From: Parasitella parasitica NRRL 2501
Lineage: Eukaryota > Fungi > Mucoromycota
NCBI GenBank assembly: GCA_025201805.1
Contig: MU619312.1
Coordinates: 1-64,000 of the forward strand
Direction: 5' to 3'
Length of the DNA stretch: 64,000 nucleotides
The position numbers and the translations under genes were made by a program. Below, piece after piece: positions 12,401 through 31,974 of this stretch. The notes under the pieces were generated by a model. It searched no databases. It worked only from the letters and a program-made list of their open reading frames with translations, and was not told the DNA's origin. Each line of letters begins with the position of its first letter. The first letter of the stretch is position 1.

Positions 12401-15400
12401 CCTGGGGGATCCAGCGTTCAAAATCGCTTCTTCCTTCATCATCCTTATTGAGAATGCATTTCTGATGCTTGGTTTCTGAGAAATCAACAGTGATCACCAT
12501 TTGGGATCGCTCAAGACCACGCGAATAGCCAATAATGACAAATTTAAGAGTCGACGATTTCGGATCAGTGGTGAGAGTCTTGACTCGGATTTTGTCAGCG
12601 CTGAATTCATAGAAATGCCACGTTTCTCCCTGATCCCAAGAGTAGAGTAGCTCGTTGACGGGCTTTTCGTCATTGATAAGAACCAAAATAGAGCCTTGGT
12701 CGCCAAACTCGTACAGATGCTCGCCTTCTTGGATTAATGACCAAGTGTGTCCTCCGTCACGCGTCAAGAAGGTGTCGCTTTCTGTATAGTCGTTCATTGA
12801 GGCGCCTACATTACCGACGCCTATAGCGAGACCAGGCGCTCCAGAAGCCGAATAGATGGCTCCGGGGCCATGAATGTCTGAGCGACTGTGGAGGTTTAGA
12901 GAGCATTCTTTGGTAGCACAATCAAACTTGTTGGGTGGTTGAAGAGGCTGCCATATGCCTCCATCATCCCAACTGATCATAGTGCGCACCTTCTTCTTTT
13001 TGTCACGGCTTCCAACCAATTCATCAGCGTTCCAGACTTGGTTAGCGAGGATAATGCCATCCACGCTTTGGAACTTTTCAAAATCAACAAAGCCATAGCC
13101 ATCGCCATTTGTGTTGTCGAGCGAAAGATGATAGAACGTGCCGTTCTCGTTGGATTTGAACAGAGAGCCATACGCATTGCCGAACCCGGTAGATTTGAAA
13201 ATATTGAGTAAAATTGAGTGAGTAGTCGATTGCAGCACCGTAAATGTGTTGCGGTTAATGTATTGATCGGGAGGAAACTGTGCTTCGGCAAATGTTTTGC
13301 CATTCACACTGACAAATAGCGTGAGATCACCCTTATTGCTGGATGCGACTGCCATGAAGTCTTCGACGACAAAGAACTCGACAACATTGTCAAAAAAGGA
13401 CTCAGTAGTTCGGCCCCAGTCAATAGTGCGCACCAATCTCAGATCACCGCCAACGTCGTTCTTATCATAAGCTGAACAGAATATGGTCTGCTTTTCGATC
13501 TCGTACTTGGAGTCGCGGCCAAAGATACATTTGTCGACATACAAATCAAGACCGTCCCAGCTGTTGCCATGGTTACGAGAGATGAAAGGCTGATAATGAG
13601 GCTCGGGATCAAAAGATGCGCCGTGAAACAAAAGCCAATCTCTTTCTTGCGGGTGGAAATCCAACACATTCCGACTGCGGCCAGGAGACAATGGAAGTTT
13701 GATTGAGCGCCATGTTGCGCCTTGATCTTCAGTTAAATGCATACCATCTTCCAAGAATGCATATGCGCGGTTATTGTCAAATTCATGCAGGACGACGTTG
13801 GTGACACGGCCGTTTTCTTTGAGCACAGATTCCCATTTGACGCCTTGATTGCTAGATCGCCATAGCTCGCCATTTTGTAGACGGATTAAAATAGCCTCAG
13901 AATCGCGGAAATAGATAAACTGGTCAATCTCATCATCGAAAACGATGGCATATTTGGAGATATTATCATCGGAAGGCTTCACCTGGTTTGTACCACTATT
14001 GCCGTAGCCATTGTTGTAGGTAGGATCGTCGGGAATGATGCCGCCTATATTATCGCTGCATTTGCGGTCTACAGGTTCATCCAGAGCCTTACCACTGGCA
14101 GGCAAACAAGTGTTGCCAGGGATAAGACGATAGCCGCTAGAACCAGGATACATGTCATTTTTTGAGCGACAAACACCTTCAGAAATACGATCAGGGCCAA
14201 TGCGAGTACAGGAACCATCGGGATTACGTCTAAAGTTGTAGTCGCATTCGTAATCAGCGCGAGAACAAGGGCAATCATTCATTACGACAACAGGGTCTTG
14301 GTAATCGCGGCCAACGTAGCAATCGCGATCAGCTTTACGGCGATAAAAGATTTGCTCGTGGCCCATCAAGCAGTCAGGGCCACTTGTGATATCGCGCGCG
14401 ATAAACTGTTCGTAATCACTTTTGCGCTCATCCGTTTCAATCAATTCACATTGGCGAGAGAACACGCTGGAAAAATCGAGCTGAATGGCCTGTACTTTAG
14501 AGTCTGAGGAGCGGACAGAGCTGCCCACCAGCAAAAAGTTGCGAGAGGATGATTCTGGATCTGTCGTGAGCATTCTTGCACGAATGGAAATACCAAGATC
14601 AAGCTTATCCCTATGTACGGCGAATGGTTTACGTTTACAATCTTATCAGCTTATATACTTGGTCGTCGACTTACCAGCTGATGCCACGGTTTTTGCTCCA
14701 CCAGACGAAATCAGTTTCCTTTTCATCATCAACAAGTACCAGCAAGGTGCCCATATCGCCAAACTCATACTTGTGAGCGCCTTCTCGGACCATTTTCCAT
14801 GTCAAGCCATAGTCATCTGATAAAAAGGTATCGCATTCGTCATATTCAAGCAAGTTGGCACCGTAATTTCCTACACCCATCATGACACCTACAGCAGATT
14901 CTGCCGAAGAGACCTGGCCAGCGTTATGGTTTGACGTAACAGAATGCAAATGAAGAGCACACTCTCTATCCGAGCACCTCATGTTGTTACCGTTCATATC
15001 CTTTACGGCAGTCAATTCCTTCCAACTAGCACCGTCGTCGAAACTCATGCGGGTTCTGATCTCCTTGGCTGCACCCTGTGACTCTACTTGTCTTGGATTC
15101 ATAATGATGTTTGCGATCAAGATGCCTTCAACGCCTTGGATGCGTTCAAAATCAATATAGCCCATGACATTTCGGTTGGTGTTTTCCAAGCTCTTGACAA
15201 AGAAGGTGCCGTTGGAGTTGGATTTGTACATGGAGCCGAATTGATCGCTGCCGCCGCCTAGTACGTCAATCATCAGGGCAGGGCCAGAGCTTTCAACAAT
15301 CGTGAACGATTTCTCATGCAGATTGGCACCATCCGGGAAAATGGCTTCATGCCAATGCTCTCCATCCTGCGAGACGTAAAATACCATGTCCAGCTTTTCG

Positions 15401-16468
15401 GGGAACGGCTTTGCAACAGCAACGATGAAGCGATTGACAGCGCTCACGGCGATCACGCCCTTGACCTGTCTGCCCTTGTTGAAATCTTCCACTTTCTCGG
15501 TGCGGAAAAAATCCTCGGTCTGAACTAGACGGAATTCGTCAGGGTTCAGCATGCTCGTTAATCCCGATTTTGTTGGCGACTCCACACACATGATCTCCTT
15601 TGCAGGAGCATTTCCAAAGAAAGGATTAGACAAGCTCCAAATGCAGCTGCTGGTGTGAGTTCGCAATAGCGTAAGTTCCTCGAAATTGTTGAGTGTGTAA
15701 TGAGTCTAAAGGAGTGGGTGTGGGTGTGTGGGGGGGGGGGAACAGGATGGGGGACAGGGCGGGGGAGAAGGTGAGAAGGGGGTGGCGTTTCAAATTAGCA
15801 CAGGTATCCAATTATGCACTGGGTGTGCAATGTTATACACATACCTCATCATGACAGTCAACGCCGGTCCAGGAACCTAATTTGCATTTGAAACCAGTAA
15901 ACAAGACATAATTGGCACGTTCAGAGTGGAAAGAGAGATGAGGCCCCACGGCAGCAGGCTCTACGGGCGAAGCGAATTCCTGCCATGATTTTCCCTTGTC
16001 AGTTGTCTTCCAATGTCTCTTGTTCTTGCTCAAAACGTAAGCCTGCGCAGTATTTTATCAGCATGTACACATTGCAAATTTAGAGGGTGCTGCGCATACC
16101 TTATCACTGTCAAAGGGATGCTGATATAAGAAATTGGCCTCACCTTGGCCAATGTTTTTTACTTTGTCCCACTGTTTGCCTTGATTCTCGGAACGATAGA
16201 GGGTATTTTCAGTTGCATCGAGCCAAAGAATAACCTTTTCCCCCAGCTATGTTAATACGTGCATGCCAACCACCCCCCCACACACCTCTGCCGTCTGCTA
16301 AGGAAAACTTACCTGCGAATCTTTAAAGTAGAAAAACTTGCTTGGAGTCCTGTCGAACCCTGTTTTCTGGACACTTTGGGCCAATGCCCCTTTGAGCAAT
16401 ACGCTGATAAATAAGAGCAGGTAGATAAAGGACAGACCCCTCCTTGAGGCCTGCCATAAAATGTTCAT
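9459..16468 (-). CDS. VPS10: Vacuolar sorting receptor Vps10/Pep1 (sortilin family), about 2150 aa, three Vps10+10CC modules, about 8 exons
   Basis: Signal peptide MNILWQ..LLLFISVLLKGALA; many Asp-box repeats (SxDxGxTW); three SNxNGTF/Y and DFE(K/R)xQxxxGI blocks; three Cys-rich 10CC blocks; TM GWVAFIFAPIIAAGLVFAAL; tail with YTAL and acidic end. Confidence 0.95.
15711..15787 (+). repeat. G-rich tract with G-quadruplex potential inside a VPS10 intron
   Basis: ggagtgggtgtgggtgtgtg(G-run)aacaggatgggggacagggcgggggagaag..ggggg: at least 7 runs of G3 or longer. Confidence 0.7.
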
Positions 16469-17207
16469 TTTTGAGTGCGAAATTCCCTTGCGAGTTATAT
16501 ATGTAAGCCGCCTTTCCTCTTGTCTATCCGTATCAGGAAAAGGCGCGTTGGTCTATGTAGAGCGTCAATCAGACAGGTCTCTTGTCTTGTCGGTGAATTC
16601 AGCACTTACTAAATATGAAGATGAAGATGAAGATGAAGAAAGAAAGGGTGTACGTGTCAAAAGAACGGGAAAAGAAAGAGAAAAAGGGAATTAATTTTGC
16701 TGTAAAGATTCAACATTAACAGCAAAAATGCTGCCACGCGCTTTACAATGGAGCCGGAGTTGGACAGGAAGCATTGTTGTCATGTTAAAATTACCCACAG
16801 GCCAGGCGTCAAATGAAGTAGAGAATAGCCGCTGCATATGTTTGTGGAAATAGCACATTACGAAACTGCAGTGATTTAAACAGACATAAAATACATGCTT
16901 GTACTTTTTTTCAAAGAATGATGATCGTAGGAAGCCTTATCAAGTATCTGATGCCATTCAACTTCTATTTTTGGTTATCCCCTTTTGTGGCGGATGAAAG
17001 CATAAGAGCATTCGATGAGCTGCTGCCATGTCTAGTCTGTAAAGAGTTTTTGTTCCTGTTTAACGTTGAGCACTGAATATGATGCCCAATTTTGGCAATA
17101 AATTCCAAAGCTACCACACACATATCTGCGAAAGAGTATATATAAAAGAGAATGCGCATATTTTATTACAATTTTTAAAAAGTACATTTGTACAAGGGCC
17201 CACTCGT

Positions 17208-19358
17208 TTAAAGATCTTTGCTCAAGCCTGATGTTGCTGTAGATCTTTTAGTCGGCCCGGGCGTCGATTTTGTGCTATCACGTTTAGACATTTGGTGCTG
17301 CATTGCATTATCCTTCAGATGCTGAGGAAACATGGGGCTCCTAGGTGTTGATTGTGTGCTACTATCGCTAAGGTACATGCTTGATCTTGCGTTTGTCACT
17401 GCCAAATGCAGCGATGATCCTGTACTGCGACGCCATGCATCCATGGTGTCGTTAAAGCCGACCCATTGCACCGAGGATACTGATTTAGCACTCAGTGAGT
17501 ATCGAGATTGCTTGTGAGGGTGGCGGCTGTCTTTCATATTGGGCGAGGTGGGCGTGTTTGGCTGTAATAAACGAGAAGATCGCAGTTGAAACAAACTTGA
17601 CGCTCGACCCTTTTTGGTGTCTTGGTGTGCGTCTGTGCTGCTGCTGCTGCTGTTGTTGTTGGAGAATAGATTGAGCGTCAGTCGGTTAAATCCAGTGCTC
17701 TCTCTTCGCTTGTAATTGGCTGATTTGCCTTCTGTTATTGGTTCCATCGTGGAATTCTTTTCTGTGCTGCTGGTGTTTGGTGTCATAAATTCTATCTTGG
17801 GTATAGCATGCGGCGATTCCACCACATTTGAGGCAGCAGAAAGATGCGAATAGCGGTTTTCTTGCAGTATCGAGTGATATTCGGTAGCAAATGACGCTTT
17901 GCTGATGCGGTTATTGTTGTGGTAAACTGATTCAGGGAGAGTTACAGAATTAGGAACTCCTTCTTTTTGGCCAGCTCCTTGAAGCTTATTATTGTGCTTC
18001 TCATTGTTCAGAGGATAATGAATGCTCGCCAGTTGTTCAGCATCAGCTTGCTGCTGGTGTGACGAAGGTGACTGACTGAACCTCACAGCCCTACTGTCGC
18101 GTAGCTTCTGTCGACGTTGATGTCTAGTCCTCCATGCAAAGTAGGCTATGACGAGGCCCGCTATACAGACTATACCGATGACAGAGCCTGCAATTGCTCC
18201 GCTGTTGCTTTTTCTGTCGCTTGCATTCGTATCAGAATCCACGCCCAAGCCAGTTTCAGGGCCTCGATATTGATTGTTACCAGCGTGGATCCATTCCTTA
18301 TTAGTGACATTAAAGTAAATTGGGTCGGTTGCTAAAGACGAGAGACTATCCTGTCCTCCGTAATACAAAATCACATCTTTGTCTATTAATGTGCTCGCAT
18401 GGGCAGATCTCCTGTGGTTGGTGAGAGTGTTGATTTTCGACCAACCCATTTCAAACGGTGCCCTGATGTCGAGGTACCAGACGTCGTCGAGCACAGCAGA
18501 TTTGTTCTGACCACCAAACAGGACAAAGTTGGCTTCATGATCAGGCTGTGATATCATGCTTGCATATTTACGTGCAGTCGGCCATTCTGCAATATGGGAG
18601 TTGTCCATCTGGGTGATATTCAGGCTGGTGGTATCGAACCACGTGCATTGGGAGGTGAGCGAGCCGTTTGCCGTTGTCCCAAAACATGAAACCAGCCATT
18701 GGTGGTACGCAATAGTAATATGGCCTGACAGGCCGGGGATGTTGGATCTTTGAGGCGTCGACCATGTTGCAGTTGAAAACGAGTAATTCCAGATCACATC
18801 ATCAACCAGAGCGTGCGTCATTGCATCTTGTCCACCCACTACATGCAATGTGTCATTGATAAGGACAGATGTATGGAGATATCTTGAATATGGTAAGGTT
18901 GTATCGTTGCTGCTGAATGATCTAAGCGAGGGTATTGCGATCAGAGGGGGCGCCATTTCTTTTGCTTGCAGTAATGGCAATCCCAGCACGGAGATAATAG
19001 CGTTTGAGGCATCATGTACGTGCGATGTATGGCCCACAACATTAGGATACTGGGAATCACCTGAATCTTCCACAGAGGAATGGAGAGAAAGGTTCTTTTT
19101 GTCTAGACGCAGGGTAATGATGGATGGACCAAATGAATCTGTCGTCGCTGTGGCATTTGGGCCAATGCCGCCAAGAATATAGACTGTGCCGTTCTGGAAA
19201 TAATGTGCAGTTGAATGCTTCCGTTGTAGAATGGGTGCATGTACAGGCGATTGCATTTTTGTGGCCAGAAGGAAAAAGAAAGAGAGAAAGACATACACAA
19301 CGGCGACAATCAAAGTAAAAATAATGGCCTCCATTCTTTTTACAGTAACACCATACAT
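17208..19358 (-). CDS. Kelch-repeat single-pass membrane protein, intronless (start may be 19334)
   Basis: N-terminal hydrophobic segment; kelch motifs (RxxH..VYILGG, RYLHTS..LHVVGG, ARKYASM..VLFGG, RRSAHAS..LYYGG); TM GAIAGSVIGIVCIAGLVIAYFAW followed by RTRHQRR; Ser-rich tail. Confidence 0.88.
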   Translation of the reverse strand: MYGVTVKRMEAIIFTLIVAVVYVFLSFFFLLATKMQSPVHAPILQRKHSTAHYFQNGTVYILGGIGPNATATTDSFGPSIITLRLDKKNLSLHSSVEDSGDSQYPNVVGHTSHVHDASNAIISVLGLPLLQAKEMAPPLIAIPSLRSFSSNDTTLPYSRYLHTSVLINDTLHVVGGQDAMTHALVDDVIWNYSFSTATWSTPQRSNIPGLSGHITIAYHQWLVSCFGTTANGSLTSQCTWFDTTSLNITQMDNSHIAEWPTARKYASMISQPDHEANFVLFGGQNKSAVLDDVWYLDIRAPFEMGWSKINTLTNHRRSAHASTLIDKDVILYYGGQDSLSSLATDPIYFNVTNKEWIHAGNNQYRGPETGLGVDSDTNASDRKSNSGAIAGSVIGIVCIAGLVIAYFAWRTRHQRRQKLRDSRAVRFSQSPSSHQQQADAEQLASIHYPLNNEKHNNKLQGAGQKEGVPNSVTLPESVYHNNNRISKASFATEYHSILQENRYSHLSAASNVVESPHAIPKIEFMTPNTSSTEKNSTMEPITEGKSANYKRRESTGFNRLTLNLFSNNNSSSSSTDAHQDTKKGRASSLFQLRSSRLLQPNTPTSPNMKDSRHPHKQSRYSLSAKSVSSVQWVGFNDTMDAWRRSTGSSLHLAVTNARSSMYLSDSSTQSTPRSPMFPQHLKDNAMQHQMSKRDSTKSTPGPTKRSTATSGLSKDL

Positions 19359-19667
19359 GATGTCTCAATTTCATTATATTGTGCTACTCGTGTAGACTAT
19401 ATTATATCAGATGGACTACAAGCAGGGATATTATATTAGCATAGCTCACTAATTTTTCCCTTCTAATGCCCCCCCCCCCCTCCCCTGCAGCTCCTTCAAT
19501 TTTTCTACAGTGGCAAAATAAGGGATGTTGTCATGAATGATATTAACTGCATTAACCTTTAGCTGCTCATAAATACAAGCTGACTCTGCCTTGTTTTTTT
19601 TTGCTTTTGCTTTTGTCTTCATTTCCCTTGATTAAAACAAAACAAAACAAAAGCAAAAAAAAAAGCC

Positions 19668-20720
19668 ATGGTAATGCACTATCAAGCCATTGATGTGGAT
19701 GTGGCGTCGCATCAGACTCCAGTAGACGAAGCAGCCCTGCTAATACCTTTAAACAAAGCCATTACATCGAAAAAAGGTATACGATATGTATCTGCACTCT
19801 GGGCCAAGGAAAATAAGCTCATTGTGTTTAATCGTATTCTAGGTTCAATGTGGACAAACCTTGCAAAGAACAAGACATTCGCCCTTGTGCCATCTCTGTT
19901 GGTTGGTGCAGCCATCTGGTTTGGTGTTACACCTGACCAAGAATTGACATTGACAGCCATTCATCTGCTGGCTGTATTTTCAAGGTATTAAAAAAAAAAC
20001 AAGCCAGCTTGGCTGCGTACTGATGATTTATCTCATCTGTAGTTGCATATTTGCATTGATTACAACATCTGTCGATATATCCATGTTGGTTTTGACTGGC
20101 CTGACCTTACTGGCGCTGACGCATTCGTTCGAGTGTGTCGATCATGCTACTGGACTTTTAACCGAATGCAGATTATGTGGCGAGACAAATCCTCTCACTG
20201 GCGATCTCTTTGAATGCGCGGCCGGGAAAGAGTCGTTCAAGCAGTCGTTGGAGGGATTTTCGAGTTCGGTTGTCTGGCTGATTTTCGCTGCTTTTCATCT
20301 GGGCAAGGCGGTTCAAGTGACGAATCTAGGTCGTCGGTTATCTCTGTTTATGATCAGAGCCTTTGGTAAACATACATTGGGTCTTGCTTACGCCATTGTA
20401 TTATCAGGTAGGTACACATACACGGCAATGCCAAGAGAAATAGAGTAACAAGTAAGCTAATTGAGAAATGAATAGAGCTGATTCTTGCTCCTTTTGTCCC
20501 CAGCAACACTGCTCGCGGTGGCGGCATTGTTCTTCCTGTAGTGCACTCGATTGCTACCACGTTAGGGTCTACGCCAGACTCTAATCCTGAGATTGGAACC
20601 TTCTTAATTCTGGTTGGCAATCATGCTAATCTTTTATCTGCTTCCATGTACCTTACAGGTAAGGTTATCTTAATTTTGTATGCATGCAGCCATGCATCAT
20701 ACGACATATTATATATATAT

Positions 20721-20753
<33 letters not shown>

Positions 20754-21778
20754 TATATCCCAAAAACTAGGATATTTCTAACATGTTGGATCCAGGTATG
20801 GCTGCAAATCCAATCGTTGTCGCAAAAGCAAATCAGCTGTTCCCTGACATCAACTTTGGTTTTATGACCTGGCTTCATGGTAGTATTGTGCCCTCCATCT
20901 TTTGTGCCATCTGCATTCCTCTGATCATTCGCTGGAGCCTGGGGCTGAACACTGATACTCCAACAAGGGGAAAACATGCAAGAGGAGGCGAAAATGTTGT
21001 TCAACACGCTCAAATGGAACTGCACAAGATGGGCCCCGTCTCTGCTAAAGAATGGGTTAGTCTTTGGCTTACCGTATTCCTTGTCGAACTTGACTAACAT
21101 GTGCGGAAACAGCAACTCTGCGTTGTTTTGTTAGGTTGTCTTGGTTTGTGGGTAACGTCTAGCATGACACAGTTAGATTCCACACTAGTTGCATTGGTTG
21201 GCATCGTTGCCCTATTGCACATGGGCACTATCACCTGGAAAGACGTCTCGGGTAATACCAATGCAGTAAGTACCTTTATCGTATGAAAATAGCATGTGGC
21301 AAATTCGCCAACCATTTCATCATAGTGGGACACCTTATTCTGGTTGGGAGGTTTTGTCACTATCGCACAGCAGCTGTCTGAGGCAGGAGCCTCGTCTTTT
21401 CTGGGACACAAGATCTCTTTTGCCATCCAACATTTCAACCTTCCCCCTGTGCCTAGTCTTGCCATCTCGTACTTTCTTACAACATTCATGTTTTCTTCCT
21501 TGAGCGCTCACACTGTCGCCTTTGTTGCAACGTTTTTGGATGCGGGTCATGCGCTAGGCGCGCAGCCTATGATTTTAACTGCTTTTATATCTTATTTCGG
21601 CGCATTGGGGGGCTGCATGACCAATTTTTCAACTGGAATGGCCGCCATGTACTATGCACCAGGCTACGTTGCAAGAGCAAAATGGTTTACCGTGGGCCTA
21701 CAGATGGCTGTGTTTTATCTGTGTGTTTATTTCACTATCGGTCTTGCTTGGTGGACATTCCTGGGATGGGTTCAATAA
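19668..21778 (+). CDS. DASS family (CitT/DiT-type) di/tricarboxylate transporter, multi-exon
   Basis: Motifs LEGFSSSVVWLIF, TNLGRRL, APFVPSNTARGGGIVLP, SASMYLTGMAANP, WDTLFW, FSSLSAH, YYAPGYV..WF; GT-AG introns. Confidence 0.92.
20710..20758. repeat. (TA)n/(TACA)n compound microsatellite in a DASS intron
   Basis: tatatatatatatacatacatacatacatacatacatatatatatatat. Confidence 0.9.
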
Positions 21779-22051
21779 TCTTCAGCTACTGTCTTCAAGT
21801 CTGTAGTGTTGTAAATAGATAGCACCTTAATTCTTTTTCTTTTTTTTTTTTACAATCCATTTCCATCGCTTAACATAACACGAGTATACCACTAACAAGC
21901 AATCTCCAATTAAACACACTCTTCTATAATATGCTGCCTTTTGATAATATATATATATTAATATATAAAAGCCAAACTTATCTTTTATTAATTATGCTAT
22001 TTTGGTATATGAAGAATGATGGAATATAGTAATGTACTAGATCAGCAATGC

Positions 22052-29845
<7,794 letters not shown>

Positions 29846-30981
29846 ACAGTTGCAGTTAATTTCATTGACTTTTTTGCTGGAAAAAATATTGAACGATTGC
29901 GACAAAGGATACTAGATGCGGCTTGCTTTCCTTCTTTTCAGCTCCTTGTGTAATGGCTGTAAAAAAAAAAAAAAAGAAAAAAAAAGAGGATGCAAAGTGA
30001 GAAAGAGAAAGAAGAGGAGGAATGGGAAAGCATTCGATTGTGAGCAAGGGAATAGGAATTAAAAAGAGCCAACGGCTTCGTCACACAGCATAGGCAATTC
30101 ATTGGTTCAATATGTTTGCATGAGAAGAAGAGCTTTTGCAAGTTGATGTGCATTTCTTGAGTAACGTTCATTTGTTTATACAAGTATAGTGGGTATTTGT
30201 TGTTGCCTAATCTCTACACAATCACGCGTGTTTTATGGCTAACGAAGCAGTTTTCTTTGGGAGTATTTTCGCCATTGGAAGGACAATGTGATCAAAACAA
30301 AAATTCTCTCCCCCTATACATGCCTTGGTTTTACTCCCTACGACACCATAGTCTATTATGTCAATTGATTTTGATTGTCGCACTAGCTGATTACCATGGC
30401 AACGCTAAAGTAATGTCGCAATGATAAGCTTGCAGAAATGTGCCAAATGTGGTACATTTTATACATACATTGGCTTTCGATGCCAGAGCAACACATTTTA
30501 TCTTGGAAGCTGTAATGCAAATTCTTGGCGGCTCACGGTTTGCACAAATGCTAAGAATTTCAACCGATATCTCAAATAGTGAGTTCATCTACCTATACTA
30601 TACAATAATGCATTACCATTTACAGCTACTCCCAATTTCTACAGTGCTTCCACTCCCAATTTACCGAATGGGGGGTTTTTTTCTTCTATCTAAAGTCGAA
30701 AAAGTGGGCAAAACACTGTAGACGCGCTTTTTGTTCATTTAGCCTTATCTTTGTTTCTATGAATTTCGATTATTTTTACCGAAATTCCCCAGCTTTAGAA
30801 ATTTACGACACTACGCAGAGCTCGCATATCAACTTGAACCAACTACTTGATGTTATGAAAAACGATTTGTTTTACTGTCCAAAAATACCAACCAACCTTT
30901 TCAAAGGCGTCAAATATTAAAATTAATGAAATCAATGCAAGTAAAATCAAACTAAAAAAAGGAAGATTTCTTAAAAATATT

Positions 30982-31960
30982 ACGAGCTGTATCACACCGC
31001 CACGGTTCGGATGAATTTTCACCTTTGCTTCGCTACGGTGAATTTACCCTTCACTAAAGCGGTGTACAGCTCGTGCTGCCGCAGGCCTGTTTTACAAATG
31101 GAATAAAGTGCTTATAATTTGATTTTATTAGTTCTTATGCAGCATTGAAAACTTTTTTATAAAGGATGTTGTGAGCATATGACCCAGTATGATTGTCTAT
31201 TTTGGATATATCATTATTTTGACAGAAGCTGGCGTCCGCACACGTAATAAAGCGACGTACAGTTGACCATGACTAAATAGCTGGCTTGGATGGTACAGGA
31301 AATGGGATTCGTAAAAAAACCAAAAGGTGAGAGGCCTTCAGTGGCAGGAGAGATGAATTTGATTTTGGGAATAAGAACAATGTTGCCAGCATTGGCTCAA
31401 TATCAACGATGAGTTAACGATTAATCTCGTGCCATTACAGACACCAGCCGCAGGATCAATATTTCTGATTGCACCAATTTTCAAATCAAGACTATGAGGA
31501 GGCAAAGACCCATTTTCGATGGTGTCAAGTATCTCAACCGGCATTGTCAATTGAGATTCATCTTCGCAGGCTTTATTTACTGCTGATGTACGGTATTTTG
31601 CGCCGTCTAATGCACTGCTCAACCATAAACGATCTGCTGGTTCCACGGATTATCGGCAAAATCTGACGAAAATTCCCACCGAAAACCATAAGAAGGCCAC
31701 CAAAAGGGAGATTGATGTTCATTATATCACAAAATGAGCGATCAACTGTTGCTATTAAGTCCATACTGATCATTGAGCATTTATCCCAAACAATAATTTT
31801 TGCTCTTTGGATAAATGATGCTATGTCAGGGCAGGGCGAAATGTTGCACGCACTAGCGTTGGTAGTCTCTCAAGGTATCTTAAAGGTAGAGTGAGCAGTA
31901 CATCCGCCTTTGAGCAATAATGCAGCAATTTCACTCAATGCTATAGCAATACTGTAAATC
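30982..31960 (-). mobile_element. Decayed Helitron: Pif1-like helicase remnants plus probable 3' terminus
   Basis: Broken frames give AHSTFKIP, IIVWDKCSMIS..VDRS, PFGG..VFGGNFRQILPII, LPPHSLDLKIG..IRNID..GVCNGTRL, FSHGQLYVAL (Helitron/Pif1 helicase motifs) with stops, frameshifts and deletions; foldback at 30982-31074. Confidence 0.85.
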
Positions 31961-31974
31961 AATTATTCCACTTT

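Noticed and set aside
31080-31960. Cellular PIF1 helicase gene
   Set aside because: Multiple stops, frameshifts and internal deletions plus a terminal foldback fit a Helitron relic
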